From positions 1 to 64,000 of IMG/VR virus record IMGVR_UViG_3300025689_000001: a DNA stretch of 64,000 nt. The stretch is one strand, 5' to 3'. The translations under genes and the position numbers were made by a program. Shown in pieces: positions 30,201 through 39,500 of the stretch (positions are counted from its first letter, which is position 1; each line of letters begins with the position of its first letter). The DNA comes from a virus (Duplodnaviria; Caudoviricetes). The notes under the pieces are model-generated. The model was not told the origin of the DNA. It did no database searches and saw only the letters and a list, made by a program, of their open reading frames with translations.

Positions 30201-32033
30201 ATGAAGTATATTAAAAAAACGAGTAAGGATATTACTCAGGATTTCAGTCACAATTTACTTATTGACAGAGGTATCTTGAAAGAAGGAGAGAATACTGATT
30301 GGTATTTTAAGCCTACTTCCGATAATCTTCTTGACCCGCTTGGTCTTGACCATATGGAAGAGGGAGCAAAGCTGCTGTTAAAGCATTTGAAGAATGGAAG
30401 CCGCATTCGTCTTTATGTTGACTGCGATGTTGATGGTTTTACATCTTCTGCTTTGTTTATCAATTATTTTAATGACTTTTTGAAGAAAAAGTATCCTGAT
30501 GTTGAAATTTCCTATCATATCCCGGAAGGAAAGGAACATGGTTTACGTTCAGTTATGGACGAATTGGTTCACAATAAGATTTGTGATTTAATTATCCTTC
30601 CTGATAGTTCCTCAAATGATTATGATGAACATAAACAGCTTCATGAGATGGGTTACGATATTCTTGTTCTTGACCACCATGATGCAGACCATTATAGTGA
30701 AGACGCAATTGTTATTAACAATCAGCTGTCAAAAGATTATGAGAATAAGGCGTTAAGCGGCGTCGGTATTGTTTATAAGTTTATTAACTTCTTTGACTGC
30801 TATCGTTGGGAGGATTCTCCTGAGAGTAAAGAAGAAGAGGCTTTCATTGACCCTATCTTTGACCGATACCTTGACCTCGTTGCTCTTGGTGAAATCAGTG
30901 ATATGATGAATATGCAGACACCAGAGAATCGTTACATTTGTGACTATGGTCTTTCAGATATTCAGAATAGCTTATTTCGCGCGATTGTAAAGAAACAGTG
31001 TTATTCAATGTTTGGTATTTATGAAGCAGATTGGAATGATTCTTACTATAATAGTGGAGATGTTACACAGATTAAGGTTGCTTTCTATGTAACTCCGCTT
31101 ATCAATGCTCTTATTCGTGTCGGTACACAAAGCGAAAAAGAACAGCTTTTTGAAGGTTTTATTGACGGCGATAAAGTAATCCCCTCAACAAAGCGAGGGG
31201 CAAAGGGCGAAATGGAGACTATAGCGGAATAGGTAACTCGTAACTGCGTAAATGCTCGTTCAAGACAGAACAGAGAAAAGGACAAGGCAATTGAGCTTCT
31301 TGATATTCAGATTAGCAATAATTGTCTTGACGAAAATAAAATCCTCATTCTTAATGCTGATGACCTCAGTGTTTCAAATAACCTTACTGGTTTGATTGCA
31401 ATGGGTATCGCGGCGAAATATAAAAAGCCTACAATGCTTGGTAGAATCAGCCCTGACGGTTATTTAAAGGGTTCTATCAGAGGTAGAGAAGAAAGCGAGT
31501 TAAAGGACTTTAAGGGATTCCTTAAGGATAGTAACTATATGGACTTCGTTGAAGGTCATGCGAACGCCGCAGGATTCAGTATTAAGAATAGTGATATTGA
31601 TAAGTTATGCGAGTATGCAAATACAAAACTTGCTGATATTGATTTCAATGAAGGATTCTATGAAGCAGATTTTGTTATCCAGGGTAACTATTCAGAAATC
31701 ACTCCTCTTGTTCTTGATATCGGCGCACAGTAGAAGTTGTGGGGACAGACAAGTGATGAGCCAGTTATTATCGTTGAGAATATCACAATTCCTAAGTCTC
31801 AAATTCAGACAATCGGTTCAAAGAAGGATACCGTTAAATTTGTATTCAATGGTATGACTTATATGATTTTTAAGGCACAAAGTATTATTGACCAGATTTT
31901 TGAAACTCCTGGCGATACTCTTAACATTACTTGTGCCGGCAGAGCAAATATTAACACATGGGGCAATAGAGTTACTCCGCAGATTTATGTTGACGAAATC
32001 GAAATAAAGGAGAGTTCTATCTATGACTTCTGA
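30201..32033 (+). CDS. recJ: RecJ-like ssDNA exonuclease, two in-frame TAG
   Basis: DCDVDG, HG, LDHH, INN, SGVG, ISDMM, INA, GSIRG, GHANAAG; TAG 31230 and 31731. Confidence 0.88.
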
Positions 32034-32217
32034 TAAAGATATGGTTGAAATTACAGTCGGAAAGGGTGGGCAGTACGAAGCCCACCTCGACGTCGATGAT
32101 AAAACAAGTTTTGTAATTAAGGACATAACTAATGTTAGATTTTTTGACTCAGTAAAACAAGAATGGATTGATATTGATTATAAAGGTCCAGTATCTTTGA
32201 ATTATAAGGAGGAATAA
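32023..32217 (+). CDS. Hypothetical small protein
   Basis: ORF overlapping the recJ stop, AAGGAG RBS. Confidence 0.55.
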   Translation: MTSDKDMVEITVGKGGQYEAHLDVDDKTSFVIKDITNVRFFDSVKQEWIDIDYKGPVSLNYKEE

Positions 32218-32236
32218 AAAATGGGAGAACTTTGTA

Positions 32237-32944
32237 ATGTCTAAAAGAATAGATTTAACTAATTAGACATTTGGTGATTGGTATGTTATTGATTTTAATA
32301 AAGAACGAAGTAATAATCATGGCTCTTATTGGAATTGTAAATGTCTTAAATGTGGACTAATAAAAGCAGTACGTTCTACCAATTTGCGCTCGGGTGCCTC
32401 AACAAGTTGTGGCTGTAAATCTTCTTAGATAAGAATTGGAGACAGGTTTGGATTTTTAGAAGTCATTTCCTTAGATGAAGAACGAAGTGGTTAGGGAAAA
32501 GGCAGATATTGGTCTTGTTATTGCCATAATTGTGGCAGCACGCATTCAATTGATGCTTCAAATCTAAATAGAGGAAATGCATTAAGTTGCGGCTGTATTA
32601 AAATGTCTAAAGGAGAATATAAAATTGAATAGTGGCTTAAAAGTCATAATATTAAATTTCACAAACAATATTATTTTGAAGACTTAAAACCTAATAATTA
32701 TCCTTTAAAATTTGACTTTGCTATTTTTAATCCGAATATAATACTAATAGAATATTAGGGCAAGTAGCATTATGAGCCAATAGATTTTTATGGTGGAATA
32801 GAAGGGTTATAGAAATAGCAATTAAGAGATAATCAAAAAAGGGAATATTGTTTATCACACAATATTCCTCTATATGAAATTTCTTATAAAGATAATATTA
32901 GTAAATTGGAGGAATGTATTTATGGAAATAATGAAACAAACTGA
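32237..32944 (+). CDS. Free-standing endonuclease: two Cys-rich (WxCxC..CG...SCGC) repeats plus DUF2726-like PD-(D/E)XK domain; 8 in-frame TAG
   Basis: IDLTN[TAG]TFG, SKGEYKIE[TAG]WL, LKFDFAI, IEY[TAG]GK[TAG]HY, RD..KREYC; TGA 32942-32944; absent from the standard-code ORF track. Confidence 0.85.
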
Positions 32945-33119
32945 TGAGATACGTGTTGATACTTATGAAGAAGCTAAGGAGTTAATTGAAAAATTTAAAT
33001 CTGATGCTAAAAAAGAAGGATATGATATAATTAGTAGCGCCGCGACTCTTAAAGAAAAAAAATCTAAAGGCGAAGTAATTGATTCATACTATATTGTTAA
33101 AATAGTTAAAAGATGGTAA
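32922..33119 (+). CDS. Hypothetical 65-aa protein
   Basis: ATG 32922 after GGAGG; KEKKSKGEVIDSYY. Confidence 0.6.
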   Translation: MEIMKQTDEIRVDTYEEAKELIEKFKSDAKKEGYDIISSAATLKEKKSKGEVIDSYYIVKIVKRW

Positions 33120-33307
33120 AAGGACAAGGACTGATGGATGAAGTCTGCCGCGGCTTAGCTGGTGAGATAAGTTTTGAAGAATCCGTTCGCAGACAAACAA
33201 ACATCTTGGAATATGAGATAATGCAAGCCATTAAAGAAAAATTGGAGGGATATATCAATGAAATTCCACATGGACGAAAAGGAGAGCTACAAAAAGAAAA
33301 TCGATAA
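33113..33307 (+). CDS. Hypothetical small protein
   Basis: ORF overlapping the previous stop. Confidence 0.45.
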   Translation: MVKGQGLMDEVCRGLAGEISFEESVRRQTNILEYEIMQAIKEKLEGYINEIPHGRKGELQKENR

Positions 33308-33404
33308 GATGAAGGAAGATATGGCTCGCCGCAATAAGGAAATTCAGAAAGAGTGCGAAAAGAAGAAAAAACAGTAAGGTTGAAAAAGTCAGGGCTTAAA
33401 AGTC

Positions 33405-33433
33405 TTGACTTTTTCTTTATTTTATGATATAAT
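33405..33433 (+). promoter_or_regulatory. sigmaA-type promoter upstream of dnaE
   Basis: TTGACT-17-(TG)ATATAAT; -35 is the 3' arm of inverted repeat AAAAAGTCAGG...CTTGACTTTTT. Confidence 0.75.
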
Positions 33434-33511
33434 ATATATAGAAAGATAAAAGAAATATTAAAAATGAATATCCCTGCATAGTTGCTCGGCGATATTGATT
33501 GGAGGTATATA

Positions 33512-36500
33512 ATGGATATTAAGACACTCAAAAGATTTGACGGTCATTCCCATAGCATGTTTTCAAACTTCCGTTTGATTGACTCAATAAACAGACCAAA
33601 GGATATGATTCTTAAGGCATATGAACTTGGTATGTCAGGTATTGCACTAACAGACCATGAAACAGTTGCTGGTCATGTCGAATGGTTGAAGTGTGAAAAG
33701 GAACTGAAGAAAACTGGCAAAATTCCAGAGGACTTCAAGTGCGCTTGTGGCAATGAGATTTATCTTGTAGATGACCGTACAAATATTGAAAGATATTGGC
33801 ACTACATTCTCATCGCTAAGAACACAGAAGGACACAGGGCGTTGAGAGAATTAAGTTCAACGGCTTGGTATAATGGATTTAATTCTCGTGGTATGATGCG
33901 TGTTCCTACTGAAAAGGCAGAACTTGAAGCAATCGTTAGAAAGTATCCGAACACTTTGATTGCAACAACTGCGTGTCTTGGCGGTGAGTTTCCTCATTTT
34001 GTGGCGGAGTTAGTTAAGGCAGAACAAGCTCATGATGAAAATGAGATTCGCAAGTGGAAGATGGAAATTCATAAGTTCATGACTTGGAATATTGATTTGT
34101 TTGGTGATGATTTCTATATTGAAATCGCTGCCGCAAATGTGAAGGACCAGATTCGCTTTAATGAAAGAGTTAAAAGCATCGCTACCTACTACAAGAGAAA
34201 AGTTGTAATCGGTTCAGATGCACATTATCTTACTGCAAAGGAGCGTCCTGTTCATAAGGCTTATCTTAACTCAAAAGATGGTGAACGTGAGGTTGATGGT
34301 TTCTATACTTTCGCTCATATGATGGATAATGAAGAAGCATATGGAAATCTTAGCATGACTTTCTCTGAGGAAGAGTTCGCAGAGTTTTGTGCAAACTCAA
34401 TGGAAATTTATGATAAGATTGGTACTTATGATATTTTCAGAAAGCCAATCATTCCGAGAGTTGAAGTTGTACCAAAGGATTGTCCAGTAACTCCTGATTG
34501 GATTTGGAAGGATGATTGTCCGGTACTTACACAACTTATTCAGAGTGATAATGTACAGGAAAAGTATTGGGTAACAGAATGTTTACTCAGTATGATTGAT
34601 AAAGGACTTTTTGGAAAAGAGAATTATATGATTGTTCTTGAAACAGAAGCAAGAGTAATTAAGGTTGTTGGAGAGAAACTCGGTAACTGTCTGTACGAGT
34701 ATTTTAATACTTTCCAACATATGATTAACTTATTCTGGGATTGCGGTTCAATCGTAGGTCCTGGACGTGGTTCAGCAGTTTGTTTCTTAAGTAACTATCT
34801 TCTTGGAATAACTCAGCTTGACCCATTGAAGTGGGGACTTAAGTATTGGAGATTAACTTAATTTAAAGGTCTCCCTATATAGCGATATATAGAAAAATAA
34901 CTCCGTGAACGTTTAGCAAACGGTGTCGACTTTACTATTGGAACCGTAGGAAATGACGGTTAAAAAGTCGGCTAACAGGGAAGAGTCTTTATTCGTTAAA
35001 GAGAATCCTGTGCCAAGCTACTTAAATATTGGAGAGCCAATATTTAAGATGAAGGTGAAACGACTATCGAAAAGCATATTTAAATATGAACTGAGTAGAG
35101 TAGGATGGAGATGCTACCATCTGAAGCGCGGAGGCTCTCATAATATATCATATTAAAGAGGTGATAATTATGGGATATATTTATAAAATAGAAAATAATA
35201 TTAACCATAAAGTTTATATTGGACAAACAATTAAATTTTATGAAGAACGTTTTAAATAGCATAAGGTAAATTATACGAAAGAATATTTTTCATAGTTGGC
35301 ATTATATAAGGCATTTAATAAATATGGAATTGAAAATTTTACTTTCTTACCCATTGAAGAAGTTGCAAATGAACTTTTAGATGAGAGAGAAAAATATTGG
35401 ATTTCATTTTATGATAGCTATTATAATGGTTATAATTCTACTTTAGGAGGAAGATTAGTAGAATTATATGAGTGGGATGTTGATAAAATTATTGAAAGAT
35501 ATATGGTTTTAAAATCAGCTCGCAAGGTTGCAGAAGAAATCGGATGCGACCATTCAACTATTGATAGAATTTTAAATGAAAACAAAATTAAACGCTTTAC
35601 TTTAAAAGACCAAAGAGTTTATAACAATGTTGTTATTGAAAATGAAAAAGAAAGATATTTTTTCAAAGATAATCGAGAATGTGCAATTTTTCTTATTGAA
35701 AAAGGTTATAGTAAATCAAAAAATATTGATTATATATCTCATGTAATAAGAAAATCTATTAAACAAAATAAATATTATTTAGGTTTTAGAATATATTGTG
35801 AGAGCAAGATATAGTCTACACCCCTGGTGACAGGGGATTAATGTGTTTTAAATGAAGAGCGTGTAGAACTGCCTAAACTTTAATATTGGGCAGTATAAAA
35901 TGGGTGAACGCATTCAGCGGTGTCTTCTTAATTGAAGGCTAACGGTAGAAGTTGAATAAGGCAATGCGCGAAGCAGCTTCGTAAGAGAGACTACGGTCCT
36001 GAAAAGGATAGCAGTTGATACCGTGCTAAGTTAAACTTTATCTATTTTTCTGGAAAAGTTGAAGATTTATCTCATTCTAATACTTTATAACTGAGGTGAT
36101 AGAATGGAAAGAGAAATCAAAAACTTTCCCGGGTATACAATAACTGATGATGGAAAAGTTATCAGTTACAAATTTAAAAAGCCAAGAGTAATGAAAACTT
36201 GGTATCAAAAATCTGGATATGAAAATATTAAACTATGTAAAGATAATGTAACTTATCATTTCTTAATTCATAGATTGGTTGCAGAAGCTTTTATTCCAAA
36301 TCCAAATAATTTACCTGAAGTGAATCATAAAGATAAAAGTAGACAAAATAATCGAGTAGAGAACTTGGAGTGGAGTAATAGAGCAGATAATCTTTATGAT
36401 AGTTATAGTACAATGACTGCTACAAGAAATTTTAGAGAATGTATCTTAATAAGAGAGAAAGACAATGCTGAAATTAAATCTTTTCAATCTGTTAAAGCGG

Positions 36501-39500
36501 CAGCAGAATATGCAAATGAAGAATTTGGTTGTAGTATTAGTGGAATGAGAAAAAATTATAAATCCAGAGGATATAGATTAGAGTTTAAAAAGTGTAACGA
36601 CTAAATTGAGATTATAAAATCTCTAAAAGGATGGAGATGAATACCATTCCGTAGTGCCCATTATGGACAAAAGTCCTAAAGAGATAGTCTATTCCCCTAA
36701 TAAATATCGGGAAACCGAGGGTGTAAAAAGGATATTGATATTGACCTTACTCCTTCAAAGAGAGCTGCTGTTTTCGCCGCCCTTCGTAAGGAGCGTGGAG
36801 AGCTCAACGTTATTCAGGTTTGTACTTATGGTACAGAAGGTACTCGTTCTGCAATTGCCGCCGCTTGTCGTGGTTATCGCTCAGAGTGGTATCCCGATGG
36901 TATTGATACAGATACAGCACAGTATCTTAGCTTGTTGATTCCTCAGGAGCGTGGACTTCTCTGGTCAATTCATGATGCCGTTTATGGTAATGAGGAAAAG
37001 GGCAGGGCTCCTATCGCAGCTTTGGTAAATGAGCTTGATAAGTATCCCGGTCTTCTTGAGATAATCGAGTCTATTGATGGGTCGAAGAAAAAACTGGCCC
37101 TTAAACACCTTTTCCATTAATCAATGGGGTTAAGATTTAATCTTAGCTAACGGGGAAGCCTGAAGCTCCTGTCGTGAGACATAGGTATGGTAATCCCGTG
37201 GGAAAAACTTTTCTTCACGATTTTATTGAAGAGTATTTATCATTTTATTACCTTATTAATGAGAGGTGATAATAATGAATTATATATATGGTTATCAAAA
37301 TAAAATAACAGGTAAATGGTATGTAGGACAAACTTCTAAGTCTATTGAAGAAAGACATAGATTACATTTATCTTCTGCTTATCATGAAACTTGTAATGAT
37401 TATAATTGCTTATTCCATAAAAAAATTAGAGAATATGGTATTGAAAATTTTGAATTAGTTCTATTAGAACAGGTTATTGACAAATCTTTATTAGACGAAA
37501 GAGAGCAATATTGGATAAAAGAAAAGAAGTCTTTTGTTAGAGACAACGGATATAATTTAACAACTGGCGGCCAACAAAGAAAAAATAATGAAGACTATCA
37601 AGATATCCGTCAAACGTTTTCCAGTGAAGAAATTCAGGAAGTATATCGTCTAATAAGAGATGAAAACATCAAACTTACAGATATAGCAAATAAATATGAT
37701 GTTTCTTTAAGTTTAATTTGTATGATTAATTCTGGTAAAAAATATCATAATGATAATTTAATCTACCCTTTAAGAAAACAAAACATTAAAATTTCTGAAG
37801 AAATTGTCGATGAAATAATTTCTTTATTAAAAGAAAATAAAGGTAATGCAGAAATTGCTAAGATTTATGGAATAAATGAAGATGTGGTTTATAGGATTAA
37901 TAAAGGTTTAGCACATAAAAGAGATATTGATTATCCAATTAGACAAAACAGTAGTAAAAAGCAAGAGCTTATTGATAGAGCAAATACAATTAAATCTTTA
38001 TTAAAAGAAAATAAACTTAATAATAGACAAATTGCTGATTTAGTAGGATGCGATCCGTCTGTTGTATCTAATATAAATTATGGAAAAAATTATTATGATA
38101 ATACTCTTGAATATCCGTTAAGAAAAAGTTAAACCTGTATCGACTATCTCTGGTGAGACAGAGAGTAGGGACACTATTGATACGTGTCGCCACGGAGGCA
38201 ACAATGTGGCTGAGAACCGAAATGGGGTTATTAGTATTTTATACTAATTAAAAGATAGTCAGGGCTTGATTGAAAAATCAAGATAACCGTAGTTAATAAG
38301 AGAGGACAGCACGCATCTGGTGTTATTCTTTATAACGATTCTCCATTTGAAACTGGCGCAATTATGAGAAGTCCGAACGGAGATTTGACAACACAATATT
38401 CTCTTCACGAAGCAGAGGAACTTGGAGACGTTAAGTATGACTTCCTTGTAACTGAAATTTGTGATAAGCTCACAATTGCAATCAGTTTGCTTCAGAAGGA
38501 TAATTTAATTGACCCAACCCTGAACTTAAGAGAGGTTTATAATAAGTATCTTCATCCTGACGTTCTTGACCTTAAGGACCAGAAGATTTGGGATGCACTT
38601 AGTAACGGTACGGTTCTTGATGTATTCCAGTTCAGTACGGGCGTTGGTCTTGCAACTGCAAAGCAGGTTAAGCCGCAGAATCCTACTGATATGCTTAACG
38701 CAAATGCGTCGACATTGGCGCTTACACACTTTACCTTTAATCAAAGGGGTTAAGATTTAATCTTAGCTAACGGGGAAGCCTGAAGCCCCTGCCGGGAGGC
38801 ATAGGTATGGTAATCCCGTGGGAAATATTGATTCACCTCATAGGAGGTGATAGAATGCATTTAATATATTGTTATACAAATTTAATCAATAATAAAAAGT
38901 ATATTGGACAAACAAATAACTTAAAAAGAAGAATAAAATAGCATAAAGATGATTCTTTTACTAATTATAGTGAAGCAAGATATAATCAATTAATTCATCG
39001 AGCTATTAGAAAGTATGGTTTAGATAATTTTGAAATAAGCGTCTTAGAAGATAATATCTCTACGGAATTAATTGATGAAAAAGAGAAATATTATATAAAT
39101 AAATATAATACAATAGCTCCAAATGGATACAATTTAACAGAGGGTGGAATGGCAAACAAAACTGCTCCAGTTCCCTCTAAATATGAAGATGTTTTTATGA
39201 TGATAGTAGAAGAATTAAAAGGAGCGAAAAGCCTTAAAGAAATTGCAGGACAATTTAATATGTCTTATTCTTATTTAAGTGATATAAATAACGGAACAAG
39301 ATTATTTCATGAAAATATAGTTTATCCAATAAGAAAAAGTTCAAATTCTCCAAGTAAAGAAGATTATTAGATTATTATTGATATGATAGAAAATACAAAT
39401 TTATCTTGTGCTAAAATAGCTCAATAGTTAAATTTAAATGCTGCAACGGTTAGAAAAGTAAATAATGGATAGATTAAAAAAGTGGTTAATTTATTTCCTG

